From Cyanophora paradoxa CCMP329 (taxonomy: Eukaryota; Plantae; Glaucophyta), in contig QPMI01000213.1 of NCBI GenBank assembly GCA_004431415.1, positions 1-59,223 of the forward strand: a stretch of 59,223 bases of DNA, read 5' to 3'. Numbering within the stretch: position 1 is the first letter of the stretch; each line of letters opens with the position of its first letter. The position numbers were made by a program, and so were the translations under genes. The notes below the pieces were generated by a model. The model did not search any database. It worked only from the letters and a program-made list of their open reading frames with translations, and was not told the origin of the DNA. Positions 1-12,929 of this stretch are shown piece by piece.

Positions 1-208
1 GCGTAGCCGCTAGCCCTAGTCTAGTGCTATCGAGCAGCTAGCTCTAGCACTCTCTGTATTCTGACTTAGCGCCGGGCGCGACTCCGTTTGGGGTACGCGA
101 TCCTGGACGGGTACACTTGTGAATAGACCACTTGTGCTCCCAGCTACAGCCCCAGCCCGTGCGTGACCGCACGGACGCTGCACCGGGTGGGAATCCTCTC
201 ATCCGACA
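1..208 (+). repeat. 5' LTR (partial, left end outside the window)
   Basis: Matches 18121-18330 except for two 1-bp homopolymer indels (GGGG vs GGGGG, CC vs CCC). Ends in ...CCGACA, where identity with the 3' copy stops. Confidence 0.95.
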
Positions 209-221
209 GGCGCCATCTGCT
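209..221 (+). promoter_or_regulatory. Position of the primer-binding site (non-canonical, no TGG)
   Basis: Sequence immediately 3' of the LTR end is GGCGCCATCTGCT. Called by position only. Confidence 0.35.
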
Positions 222-814
222 CACGGAGCCAGAACCCGATCATCAGCGACCCGTCATCAGCAACCGACCAGCTCGGCGACCGCGGCTCAGCCGGCGCGCA
301 GGTAGACCTCAGCAGAGGTCGTGGGTCGCTTCTCGCGCCCCGCTGCGCCGCTCCGGGCTGATCCGCAGTTGGCGACCGAACATTCTGGAAAGAACCAGAA
401 CTTAGTCCTGCGGATCCAGGAACGCGCGCGAATACCGAGGGATCCCCGTCCCGATCGGATCGTCGCCGTTTCCTGAGAGCTGCGTGCGAGCCCGTGGGAT
501 CATTCCTGATCGTCGCTAGTCACTCGCCGCGACGCCAGCCTCTCCGGCTGTTGCGATCGTGCTGGACAAGACGAAGAGCGATCGGATCGACGGCTGAGGG
601 TGCGCGCCGAGCTGTCTCCGGAATCGCCGCAGCCGAGCTAGTGAGCTTGCTCGCCGCTGCTGTGGACCACGACGGCTCGGATCTCGAGCGAGGCACATTC
701 TCTCACGGAAAAGCGTGGCATTACGTCGCCGCTTGACCTGAGAATGTCCTCGGGGACCGGAGCCTCCGCGGAGTTTCGTCGTCCGGGCCGCGCACAGGCC
801 GTGGCGCCGCCGAC

Positions 815-2290
815 ATGGACTCTATGAGCGGATCAAATGTTTTGCAATGGATCCAGAGCCTGCGAAGCTGCCGCCGGCAGCGATCAGCGCACGGTTCAGG
901 ACCACCTCCGCCAGTTCGAGAGCTGCGCGAGCATGAGCAAGACTTGCTCAGTGTCTCGCCGACTGCACACATTGAAGTGCAGAAGCGAACTGGTGGGCTC
1001 TTCTCGGCACGCAGATCACGGCACCCGTGCGCCAGAAATCTCGCTGTTCCAGAGCGCGAGCAGATCGACACTCGCGAGCTCGAGAAGCTGAAGGCGTACC
1101 GGGCCGAGCGTGCGCGCACGAGCACGGCGGACCGCGAGACGTCGCGATCCTCGAGACGCTCGACGAGAAGATCGCGCAAGCCGAGAGGGCTTGCAGCGGA
1201 CCGCCTCACGGTCACGTACACCGCGATCAGGCGCCGTCTCGAAGATGACGCCGAGATGCGAACCCTGACCGTACAAGGCGCTCCTCGACCTGCCGCACGT
1301 GGGCGAGGCGCCGGAGGCGTTCTATCGCCGCGTCTCGACTTGAGCATCATCCCGGAGTGCCGCGAGGCCACGAGACACCGCTTATGGCACTCATGCGCCA
1401 CGCGGCCAGATGCTCAAGCGCCGCACTCGCAATCAGTGCCGCGACTTCGAAGACTCCGAGATTTCGGACACCGATCGCGGCACATGATGACGAACTTCTC
1501 CACGGCTCGAAGATCTATGACGAGCTGTCCGCAGAGATCGCGGACCGCGAGATCACGGGACCTCTGCGGTCATCGACCTGGTAACCAAGCGCACCAATGA
1601 ACTGGGCGCCTGGACGTCGATATCTCCAAAGTCCCCGCTCGGCCCTAGTGCTGGGCTCGCGCGGGACGCCGCTGCAGGCGCCCACGGCTGCTCGCGCACG
1701 CCGCAGAGCGCGCCGCCGATCACGCACACGCCAGCTGTCCCCGTCGTCCCCTCGCGCTCGAACGCGGCGCCGGCGCGGGCACGCGCATCATGCTCGCGAC
1801 GACGGTGTCGGAAGCCAGATCGCAGAGCTTGAGGCAAACGCGTACGGGTGGGACGCGGACGACGCCGAGATCAGAACGCCGAGGTCATCTCGTTCCTGCA
1901 GCTCATTGCTCGGACGAGCCCTCGTCGTAGTCGCGCCTCTACCCGTCGGCGTCCGCACCGCCGCCCCGCCTTGACGACCCGTCTATCAGCAGAAGATCAA
2001 AGACTTCCTGAAGGCCGGGTCTCCCGAGAAGCCCCGCGGCCGTGCCACTTGCGGCGAGTCGCACTACTCGTTTGAGTGCCGACCAACCCGCGGCCTCTGC
2101 CCGATGGTCGCAATCAACCCGCCAAGCGCCGCGGGCCAACGGCGAGGCACCGGTGACCCGAAGCGCCGGTTCTACCCGCGCCGCAGGGTGGGAACGGCCG
2201 CTCGAGCCCCCGCCCCAGCAAGCTGCAGGGCCCCGGGCGTGCTACAACTGCGGCAAAACCGGCCACCTGGCCGCGTCCTGCCCGCCCAGG
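815..2290 (+). CDS. gag: Gag-like region ending in a CCHC zinc knuckle (frameshifted in this sequence)
   Basis: CYNCGKTGHLAASC (C-x2-C-x4-H-x4-C) at 2240-2281, preceded by helical/coiled-coil-like peptides spread over several frames. Start codon uncertain. Confidence 0.7.
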
Positions 2291-5200
2291 CGCAGACGCT
2301 CGAGCGCGGTCCGCCGCGCGCTTGCAGAACACGCCGCCGCCGCTGCAGCCCCGCCCGTGCGCCCGCGACCCGGCGCCCTGGCTGACCCAACGCCTTCACG
2401 ATCGCGCGCGCCATGCTCGACAGGCTGCCCGAAGCGGCGCCGCCGGCCCGTCGCGACTGCACTGCTTCCCGCGCCGACCGGCGCCACGGGTCGGGCCCAC
2501 GGCGGCCCCGGCGCCCGCCGAGCTTGGCAAGGAAAAGCACGTGTACCGTGTGCGCATCGTGCGCAGCGACGAGGCGTTGGTCGACGATACCTTCCGAGCC
2601 TTCACCGCAGCGGCCGCGCGCACGCCGCCGCGCTGCAGGACCCCGGGACGGCCCCCTCTCAACGCGGTCGCCGCAGCCGCCACCGCTTTCGCGATCGCAG
2701 TAGTGCAGCTGTCCGGGGAAAAGCCGCCCAGACCTGTGCCCCACGGGAGCCGAGAGGCCGGCCCCTGCGAGGCGCAGGACCTGTTGCCGACCCGCCCGGA
2801 GTCGGCCTGGACGAGGGGGAGAAGAAGGTCGCGTTCGACGCAGTGGACGCCGCCCTCGAGGAAATCGCACTCCTCTTGGCGGCCGCCCCGGACCCAACGA
2901 GGTCGAGGGCGCTGACGCAGCAGCGAAGGTCCCGCGCCGACCCGTGCCGACTTCTTTCCCGCCGACTCGCCGCGGCATCGTGGACGCCGCCCTTGATGAG
3001 GTCGCACTCCTCTTGGCGCCCCGGACCCAACGGAGGTCGAGGGCGCTGACGCAGAAGCGAAGGGTCCCGAGCCCGCGAGGAGCTCGCTCCCACCAAGTCG
3101 TCCCCGAGACCGCCGCCGCCGAGGCTCCGGCGGACCCCGCCGCCGCGTGGGCTGCTGCTGGGTACTCCTCGGGGCCGAGACGGTAGCGAGCTCGAGGTGA
3201 CCGACGACGGCGCCTCCCTCGCCGACGAGGACGCGACCGTAGCGTCTAAGGAGACCTGCGCCTCAACCGCGCTCGCCTCCTCAGCGCTAGCCCGGCCTAG
3301 ACCTCACTCACTTCGGAGCCGTTGAGTTAGAGCCGGTGAAGGGCCGCGAGCACGAGCTGGGCCCGTTCCTCTCTGGAACGTGGACGCGCACAAGCTGAAG
3401 GGCGCCGCGTCGGTCCCGCTCGACCGCGCGCGTTCCTGTACCCAGCGCCGTGCGAGACTCACTGCGCTGCACTGTGAGCGAGGGGCTGATCGAGGTCCGG
3501 GACGAGCAGTGGTATGCCACTGCGTTCCGCTGCCCGGCCCGCACCGCCAGACGCTCTCCTTCTTGCTTGCGGCGTTCTCTCAGCGCTCGCCACCGAGAGC
3601 ACGTACCTCGGCTCGCGGACCCTCCCCACTGCGTTCCTGCAGATGCTGGGGCATGACCCGCTGTCCCAGGACACGCTGGCTCACGCCTGGCCGACGCACT
3701 ATTATGAAATCATGAGCCTCACGCACCAGGCCTCTCGCGTCGCCGCGAAGTGGCCGGGGCCACGCGTGGCCGCACGCCGAGGGCCTCACGCCGAGGGTCG
3801 CCCCGCAGTCGAGCCCGACGCCCACAAGCTTACGAAGCTTGGGACGAGTGCGTCGCTACCGCCGGCTGGCTGGAGCCATACCGCCGCCATGGAGCATTGG
3901 CCAGCACTCGCCCGTGGCGGCCTCTCTCGAGCCGCACGAGATGACAGTGTCGGGCCGCCGCCAGCTAATCGAGCTGAGCGAGCTGTTGCCGGCACAGGAC
4001 CGCCTCGCTTGCGTGCGCCTCGACTGTTGCGGCTATTTCCTGCACCGCGTCGACTACGGTGCCCGGGCACCGCCGGCGCCGTCGAGAAGATCCTCGGCCG
4101 CTTCTTTAAGTTCGCCGAGCCGCTCATGGTGGACGCGCGGGTCGACGCCTATGGCTTCGCCCTGCTGGCCCTCGAGCACGCGATCCAGTGGAAGACCGTG
4201 GCTTGCATCGGCGCCGCGCCGTCCCCACGACGCCCACAAGAGCGCCGTTGCCCTGGCCGACGGGAACCCTCTTGTCCCTCGACTCGGAGTTCACGGAAGC
4301 CGTTCACTCGCTTGCCGTCCTGGCTGCCTCCGTTGAGGTTCCGATCCCGGGGCGGGCACGTCTCCGCTCGGATCGGGACGCCGAGGGATGGCTGCGGCAG
4401 CGCTCGCGGAGCGTCTGACTGCGTACCGCGACGGCCGTGCCCCCGCCTTCCCGGTCGTGAGCGAGGGCGAGTCCCGCACGGTTGAACGCGTTCCGGTGGA
4501 GCCCCGCGTCGCCGCCGCCCGCGTTCTGCACCTCCGGGACCTGCACTTGTGCGACACCTGGCTGCACTGGCCGCGCCTGCACGGGCAGAGCCTGGCACGT
4601 GGAGGGTCGGCCGCGTGCGCCGATCACGCGCACCACGCAGTTGCCCCTGCACGGCACGACGCGAGGCGGGCAGCTGCCCACGATCGTGCCTGAGGAGCTC
4701 TACGTGCTGAGCCAGCTCGGCCCGCGCCCGCCGCTCACCGCCCTGTGCGATGCAGCCTGGGCCCGCACGGTTCCCGGATCCGCCGGGCCGCGGAGCTGCT
4801 CCGGTACATCGAGGGGGCCAAGGCGGGCGACCGGGCCCACCTCGTCATTCTATTCCGTAGGCTGCTGAAGAAGCGGGCCGGTTTCAATGACGAGCTGTCA
4901 AGGACATGATCGCGCTCGTGGAGAAGTGGCGCACGGATGCAGGCAGCCGCACCCCCACTCCTCTCCACGACCTGCCCACCACGCCGAAGCCGGCGTCGGA
5001 CACGACGGCGCCTACACGGCGAAGGCCGTCAGCGCGACGATCAAGGAGGCTAAGGCCTGCCTGCCGCCGCGCCCGCCTGTGAAGGCGCTCTCGCCGAGGG
5101 ACCGCCAGCGCCGGCGCGGCCGGCGCCCGTTCCTGTCCCGCCGCCTGCACGACGGCGAAGCTCGTGACCTTGCACGCCGCGGCAACATGGCCGCCGCTTG

Positions 5201-8200
5201 CGAGCCGATGGCGCCGCGGCCACCGCCGCTCCGACGCCGCCGCCACTGAGCCCGCGCCTGTCGAGCCTCGCCTGAGCGAGCGCTACTCGACGTCGCGCGC
5301 GCGACGCGCCGGCTCCCCGGCAGGCCGCCCGTCGCGGCGAGCGTGGCCGCGGGGACGGGTCGTGCGCGTCAGCACCCGTGGGCGCGGCTCGCAGGGCCAC
5401 GAACCCGCAGCGCCCGCCGTGGGCAGGCTGAGGGGAAGACGCCGAGATGGGCGAGCGGGCGACGGCGATGAGGCGCCCGAGGAAGCGCCGCCGCCGCCGC
5501 CGCTCGGCTATCGATGAGAACCTGAGCCAGCGGCCCTGTACGAGGCTATGGGCGTGATGAGCGGCGTCCTCGCAGTGCCGGGGTGCCCGCCTCGGCTCTG
5601 TGAGGGGAAACAGATCACCGAGTGGCCCATGACGGCCCGGTCTGATCTCGCCCACCGCTGGAGCATCCCCTTCGACGCACTGAAGGGCACGTTCGAGGAC
5701 CTGCGGTCCCGCACCTCAAGGCGTTTCTCGCCAGCGAGAGGAGCACGCCAATCAGAACCGCCTGGATGGGCCGCCCGTGCCGCACGAGGAGCCGCCGGAG
5801 GGCCGCGTCGCGCTCAGAGCCGATCGCACCGTTCGCCTCGCGCGGCTCAACGCGGCCGCGTTCGAGCTCTTCATGATCGCGCTGGGGCTCGTGGCCCCGT
5901 CACGCCCACTCCCACGATCTCCCGTTCCACCTGCATGAGTGGACGGAGCAGCAGTTGGAGCACTTCCTGACTCTGCGTTGGACGATCCCTGCCACGCGCC
6001 TGCCGCGGTGGACGCACGGGGCCGCTTCAACCCGAGCGCGGCCGTCATCCCGCCGCAGTGGGCCCAGTACCTCTTGCGTGCTCACACCATGTTCCGCGCC
6101 GAGGCGGTTGGGACCACCGTTCCTCCGCGGAACGCGCCGGCCTGGAGTTCCCGTACGGGGTTCGCTGGCTGCGCCGCCACCTGCAGCTAGGGACGCGCGC
6201 GCAGGAGGAAGCCGCCGAGAGCGACCCGCACAGGGGCTTGGCCCTGACCGCCCAGCGCGCGGCCTTCCAGGAGAAGGTCTTGCATGCCCTCGAGCGTCAC
6301 GCTGCACGGCAGTCGTTCACGTTCGACGATGCGCTTGTGGGCACCTACATCGCCGATGAGCCTGAGCCCCGCCTCGAGCCGCTCGACATTGACCATGTCG
6401 AGAGCGAAGAGGAAGAGGGCGAGAAGGAAGAGGCGCCGGCTGCCATCCCTGCGGCGGCGCACAGGCCGTTCGAGCCGCACAAGGACTGGCAGCCGCGGCC
6501 GCTGTTCTCGTTGGCGGACCCGACGTACGCCAACGATCACAAGCTCTTGCGCGAGTACATGGACCGGAAACACGCGTTTTTCCGGCCCCTGGAATGCTAT
6601 GAGCCAGGGTTCACTGAATGGGCAACGCTGCCCGCGATCAGCTACCCCTTGCGCTGGCAGCACGCCGGCGACGTTGACGAGTACAACGTCGACGTGCTCA
6701 CGCTGCAGGACCAGCACATGGGCGAGCTGTGCTCAACTATGCTCAAGCGCGTCGGCCCCGCCGCGCGCGGCATAGTGAACTGGTTCTCGCTCGTAGGCCC
6801 GCCTCAGCGGCCGTTCGACGAGGATCCGGAGCTCTTCGACCTGCAGGGCTTGCATTCCCGCACGCCGCCTGCGGCGTCAGCTTGGATATCGTGCAGTACC
6901 TCGCGGTCGGGACCCGTACCGCACAGTCTGCCGTCCGACGTACACGGGCGCCTGGGATCTCACGCACGAGGGCACAGCCCACGCACCCGTGTGTTCGACC
7001 CTGGCCAGGTCTCGCGGGTGCTGTATACCGCCTTCTTCCACGAAGGCGGCGGCGCGCGGAACGCCCGCCGCCGTACATGCCGCACCCCGAGCGCCCCACC
7101 CTGCACACCTCAGTCTTGGGCGGTAACATCGCCGACCCGAACGAGGAGGACGCCAGGACGCCGTTCGCGACCCGCTTCGCGCGCGACGTCGCCGTGCTGG
7201 CCCTGCTGCGCCCGCTCGCCGACAAGCGCGTCGAGAACGTTGAGGGTCGCCTGCAGACGCGGCGCATCTACGCGCCCCGCCTCGTGGCAGGCACGGCCAC
7301 GCCCGCGCGAACGCTGCCTGCGACAAGGACGTCGCAGGGGCGCGCCGCACCAGCGCGAGAACAAGAAGCTGTGGCTCGCAGTGACGGTCGCCCAGCTTGC
7401 GAGCCAGCCCAAGAAGAGCCACGCGAACCCGCGGCTCGTCACCGCGTTCGGTTACGAGCTGCCGCCTTTCCCGAACTCACCTCCGGGGACGTGCCCTTGG
7501 GCGCCGATCCCGGCGGAAGAGGAAATCCTCGCGACGGCCATCGTTTTACGCTGGCCTGGCACGCGCGCTTCTTCCAGCGTCACGCGCCGGGCAAGCACCT
7601 CCGCAGCCAGCACTGGGCTGATGACTTTCTGTCGGCTGCGGCCATGGACGTCGAGTCGGAACGCCCGGCTGACTACGTCCCCGAGATCGCTCGGGCGGTC
7701 GCCGATCACATGGATGACTTCAACAAGGTGTTGAACTCGTTCCGCTGCGTGGTGCCGGACGGTCTGATGGTGTTCATTCACGAGGCCTTCCTGACTAAGC
7801 CGACGGCCAAGCCGGACCGCGGGTCCGACGTCTTGCCTCAGGGCAAGAAGGTCTTCGACGCGGACGCGAGGCCGACGTACCCGGACGGTCATCCCACGCT
7901 TGCGTGGAAGTTTGGCCCGAACAATGCGGTCGTGCCGGACCACGAGGGTCGTGCGGCGATCTGTGGGCGGATCCTGCTCGCGATGCTGCAGGGCTTCCAG
8001 TATCCCGCATCCCGCTGCTCGCGCAGCGGGTGGACAACTGTGCGCCCCTGAACGCCGCCATGCCCAGAACGTGCCGAGGTCTTCAGGGCCCTCTTGCGCA
8101 CTATGACGAGGGATGAGTGCGCCGACTCGGATGCCCGCGCGCTGGCGGACGGCATCCGCGCGTACCTCACAAACATGCCGCACGGTCTCGGGTACCAGCG

Positions 8201-11200
8201 TCTTGAGCTCGGCTCGCCCCCGATGGCCGGCGCCGAGGACGCGTGGCCCGCCGGCGATGACCTTGGCGCCGGGGGCAAGAGTGGGATACAGCGCCACCTT
8301 GAGGCCGCCCGCGCCGCCGAGGAGCTGGAGAACTGTCCCGGGAACTTCCCGCTGGGGCTCATCTTTACCGATGAGGCTATACCCTGCGGCCTCAGTTCGA
8401 GACGATGCTCCGTTCGCTCTACGCCGATCTGAATGTCGCGATCCGCCTCGCGCGCCCGATCGACTGGGAGACGGACGACCCCGTGCTCCCCGACTGGGAC
8501 GTTGAGGCTCTGCGCCCGGCGCTGATGTGGGACGCGGTCCAGAACAAGGGCGCCGCGCCCTCGGCCCGGCGCAGCCTGACTGCGACGGCGGCTGTCGATA
8601 AGGAGGCCGAAAGCCTTCTGGTTCGCACGCCGTACCAGCCGATCTACGAAGGAGCGGTCCGCGCGACGTGGGCGGGCGTGCGGTTCCAGCCGCCCTCAAC
8701 CATCGTCGGCGGGCTCGCGGACGACCCCGCCGAGGCGGCGCCATCCGCCACCCCGTCGGCGCCCGCGCCGGCGCAGGCCGCTGCGCAGACCGCCGCGCCG
8801 CCGACGGCGCCGCAGCAGGCGCGGCCCCGGCGCAACGCGGGCCAGGCCGTTGGCCGAGGCGGCCGCGGGCAGGGTCACCAGCGGGGCGGCCGGCACCGCG
8901 GTCGCGACGGCCGAGGCCACCGTGACCGTGGCGGCGACCGCGGCGGTGCCAGGCGCAACCCGCACAACCCGCTGTCGACCCGAACGACCCGTTCGGGCTG
9001 GATGCGTTCCTCGCGCGGCAGCAGGGGTATGACCCCAAGACCATGCGCGTAACCGTCTCGGACGGGAAGGTGAAGGTCGAGCGGATCGCCGAGAGCGCTC
9101 CGCCAGACCAAGCCCCGCCGGCTGAGACTCCCTCCCGGACCTTGATGCCGCCGCCCAGCTCGAGCCGCCAGGCCGAGGCAAGCTCGAGCCGCAGGGACGA
9201 CACGGCCAGTCGCGCGTCGCAGGCCCGCCGGACCCCTGAGCGGGCCTCGTCTCAGCGCCGCTCGCGCACACCCGAGCCGCGCCGAGCCCCGTCCAGTCGC
9301 CGCTCTCGCACCCCAGACAGGCGCGAGACGCGGGGCCCCTCCACGCGCCGCGAGCGCTCCCCGGAGCCCCACCGGCAATCCGGGCGCCGCCGCCGTCCCG
9401 CCGTTCGTTGGAACGCCGCGATCGCGAGGGCTCCCGACGCCCTTCGCCGGACCGCCGGGACCGCGAGGCCTCCCGCCGCCGCTCCCCGGACCGCCGTGAT
9501 CGCTCGCCGCCGCGCCGCGACCGCAGCCCGCCGAGCCGACGGTCCACGGCTCGCGACACTCGCGACAGGCGGAGCCCTCGCCGAGGCTCGCGGGAACGCC
9601 GCCGGAGCCGAACACCGTCCCGCTCTAGCTCCCGCTCGCGCTCGCGCGATCGGAGCCCGAGCCGGAGCCCCCGCCATGACGATAAGCGGCGCAAAAGCTC
9701 GAAGAAGGGCTCGCGCGACCGCGCCTCGCCGCGAGACCGCCGCAGCCCTCGCAGCAGCCAGTCCTCTCGCCGCCCGCCGGACCCGCCGCGCGGCGCCGTA
9801 GACGCTGCGTACAAGCGGCACGAGAACGACGCCCGCCTGCGAGGCTGCCCGCCCACATTGCGCGAGCTCTTCGACATGGTCTGGAAGGCGCAGTACGCTG
9901 AGATGCCAGACTCGCTCTCGGCGTCCGCGCGAGCTGAGCAGGCCACCGCGCTGGTCCTGATCAAGCTCCAGAACCAGATGGACGCTCAGTCCGCGTCGTC
10001 CTCGGCCCGCGCCGCCGCGCCACCATCGGGTGGGCAGCCGCCGACGGGCGGACGCAACGAGCGCCAGCAGCCCTTTCTAGAGGGGCCTGAGGGGCAGAGC
10101 GAGGCCGGTCCGCAGTCGGCGGCGCCGTCCAAGCCTGCGGAGGGTCGCGCCTCCATCTCTCAGGCCCAGGAGCGGTCATCGCGTGCGAGCCAGGCCGAGC
10201 CGCCGCGCGCAGACCAGTCGACGCCGGAGCAGCCGCGCGCCTCAGTGGCCGCGCCGCGCGCCTCCGCCGCCACGACTTTCAACCCCAGGCTGACGTCCCA
10301 GCAGGGGCCTCCTGCAGTTTGTGCGCGAGTGCTCGAGCTGCCGCGACGTGAAGATCCGGGGCCAAGGGGTCACGGAATTGGGGCTTTGGCTTCAAACAGT
10401 CGAGCGCCAGATCCGCACCGCCGCTAGCCACGCCGAGACGCGCGCCAAGCCCGGCGGCGCTCAGAAGGTCTCAGACGAAGCCTTCGCCCAGGCAAAGCAG
10501 GCCGCTCGGCGGGCCCTGGAAGACGTCTGCCGCGCCCTCCGGGCCGGCATCGATATGCAGATCAGCCTCTCCGCTGGGGAGACGGGCATGATGATCTCGC
10601 TCCTCCCAGACGGGCCCCGTGCCGATCTCGAGGCTCTGCGGGCCACGCTCGATCGCACCAAAGACTGGCGAGCCTTGCTTGAGCGCGAGCGCCAGCACGA
10701 GGCTCGCGTGGCAATGCAGGCCGCGGCAAAAGCCAACCCAAAGCCCTTCTTCGCGGTATACACCGTCGCAGAAGCGTCGTCACCCCGCGGGCACGAGGCC
10801 CGCGCGCCCTGTGACCTTCCCGCCCACTTGCATACGCCGGCGTCGGTCCGGGCCGCTGTGCCGGTGCCGGCGGACGAGAAGTACATCTCGATCCGCCGCG
10901 TCCAGACGGTCGTCCACGAGCCGCCCGCTCAAACAGTCGCGCCGCCGGCGCCAGCCGCGCCGCCCGCCCCGGCCCCACCAAAGAGCCGCGAGCCTGCGCC
11001 GGCCTGGGCCCGCCGCCTGCTGCACAAGCTCGGGCCGCGCTCGACCGTGCTGGTCTTCAACTGGCTGTCGAACCCCGCGCAAATGCTGCAGGTCGATCCA
11101 AAGACCCTGGAGCCCGCCTTACGCGCGGTGCATCAGGCGATCATGGACCGCTACGGCATCTCGATGCGCAAAACGGGCTACAAGGCCCCGCCACGGCCGA

Positions 11201-11690
11201 CTCGCGCGTGGTTCTCGGGTTCAGCGCCGACAGCGGCGTTCGCCCCGCAGAACGCGCTCGAGGCCGCCGCGATCATTTACCCCGAGGGCCTGACCTCCGA
11301 CGAGGAAGCTCTCATGCCCGCGGGCCACGCCCTGGGCTCCAAAAACCGCCCGTCCCTCGCCGTGCCCCGCCCGGCAGAGGAGACGCCGCTGGGAACGCGC
11401 GCCGGCTATGACCCGCCCAGCGACGAGTTGCTCTACGCCAACCGCCACGGCCCGGGCCCGCGCAAGCGGACCAAGCCCTCGCCGTTGGCCGACCAGGCAG
11501 AGCAGCGCCGAGTCGCCGAGCGAGCCGCGGCTCGCCAGTCCCGGCCCCCATCCCCAACCGCAAGCGCAACGGACCTGTCGGGTCCACCCGCGCCGCCGGA
11601 ACCAGAATTCCACGTCCGCCGCGCCCGACCTAGCTTCCCGCGCGACCGGGCCCTGGAATTCTTCCGGCCAAAGACACTGCACATTCACGG
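2290..11690 (+). CDS. Large uncharacterised polyprotein segment (~3000 aa when stitched) between nucleocapsid and protease
   Basis: Protein-like segments in overlapping + strand ORFs (3514-4485, 5548-5970, 6058-7734, 6729-8051, 8094-8432, 8405-9052, 9043-9801, 9408-10427, 10321-11895) can be chained by single-base shifts. The last one runs in frame into the protease. Confidence 0.65.
2843..3069 (+). repeat. Two-copy internal coding duplication (~90 bp unit)
   Basis: 2843-2934 and 2980-3069 both encode VDAAL(E/D)E(I/V)ALLLA...RSRALTQ. Confidence 0.85.
8850..9780 (+). other. RGG box followed by an Arg/Ser-rich (RS, RSP) low-complexity domain in the polyprotein
   Basis: GRGGRGQGHQRGGRHRGRDGRGHRDRGGDRGG, then RRSRTP / RRSPDRRDRSPPRRDRSPPS / RSRTPSRSSSRSRSRDRSPSRSP. 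Confidence 0.8.
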
Positions 11691-12020
11691 CAGCATTGCT
11701 ATGCGCCTGCCGAACGGCCGCTCCGGCGCTGAACGGCCCGCTCGCATTGTTGTCGACACGGGCGCCCAGGGAACTGTAGTTCCCCAGGAAGTCCTCGACC
11801 GCCTGCCGCCCGACGAAGTCAATTACGTCGAGGGCCACACGATAGTCCGCGGTTTCATGGACCGGACAAAATTCGTTGTCGCCGCGCCGACGTAGTCTTC
11901 GTTCTGGGCTCGCTCCGCTTCTGCCGCCGCGTCTTCGTCGTCCCGCGCGGCGCCATGGGCGTTGAGCCGGACATTCTGCTCGGCCTGGACGCGATCCAGG
12001 CCGTCCACGGCCAGATCGAC
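11690..12020 (+). CDS. Retropepsin-type aspartic protease domain
   Basis: IVVDTGAQGTVV (DTG at 11755-11763) and downstream DILLGLDAI (~11970-11996, reached by a 1-bp shift near 11880). Confidence 0.88.
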
Positions 12021-12929
12021 ACGACGCTGTCCGGGTGGTGCCTCCGGGCCCGTGACCACCTGCACCGCGAAGTCGTCGTCCCTTTTCGGCTCCGGACCAG
12101 CTTGGGATCCTGGTCCGAGTCCTGGGACCAGTAAAGCTCCCCGTCGGAGAGGCCCTCGTCCCATGCACGCTCAATGGGCAGGGCCCGGCAACGCGTGAGT
12201 TGCCGCACCTCTACGTCGAGCCGTCGCCGGAGTCCCCGCAAGCCTTGGGCGTACTCTGCCCTTACCAGCTGCATAATCACCCGGGAGACAAAATGTTTCA
12301 CGTGCGGTTGTGCAATCCTGGCCGGCAGCCGGTAACCCTGCCGCTAGGATCGGTAGTAGCGGTCGCTTCGGCGGTCGCCCTACCGCCTGGTGATTTTGAG
12401 TACGAACCTGAGCAAATGCCTTGTAGTGCGAGTGCATTGACAGACCTCTTGATTCGCCGGCTGCGACGCCGCCCCGCGCACCGCCCTACGACGTCGACGA
12501 TATAGTCGTCACGTTTGGCGAGCTGCCCTTCGACACAGCCGACCGGCCGTTGCAGGACCTTGATGCTATGAGCATCATTAGCCTCGACGACGATGCTATG
12601 AGCACGTCGTCACGAAGCGCGTCCCCAACGCCGGCCCCGATCACAGGCCCCTCGGTCGACGAGTTCGTCGCCGCAGTCGAGGCAGTGTCCGTCCCCAGAG
12701 ACGCCACCCTGCGCTCGACCTTCCCCGGTCTCTCCGAAAAAGCGGAGCGCGACTTGCTCGATGCAGTCCGCGCCATGCGCGGCGACGTTACGGTCCGCAA
12801 GGCCGCACCGGTCGCCGACGCCGAGGCCCCACCCCAGAGTGTGGTCACAGCCTCGCTTTCGGCCCGGCCCGATGCCCCACCCCTACGACTGCAGCACCCG
12901 ACGCGAAGCCCGCTGAGGCACCGCGGCCG

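Noticed and set aside
12200-12380. dUTPase between protease and RT
   Set aside because: Only a dUTPase-fold-like tail (VRLCNPGRQPVTLPLGSVVA) is present, without the catalytic motifs; similar remnants are common in Gypsy pol.
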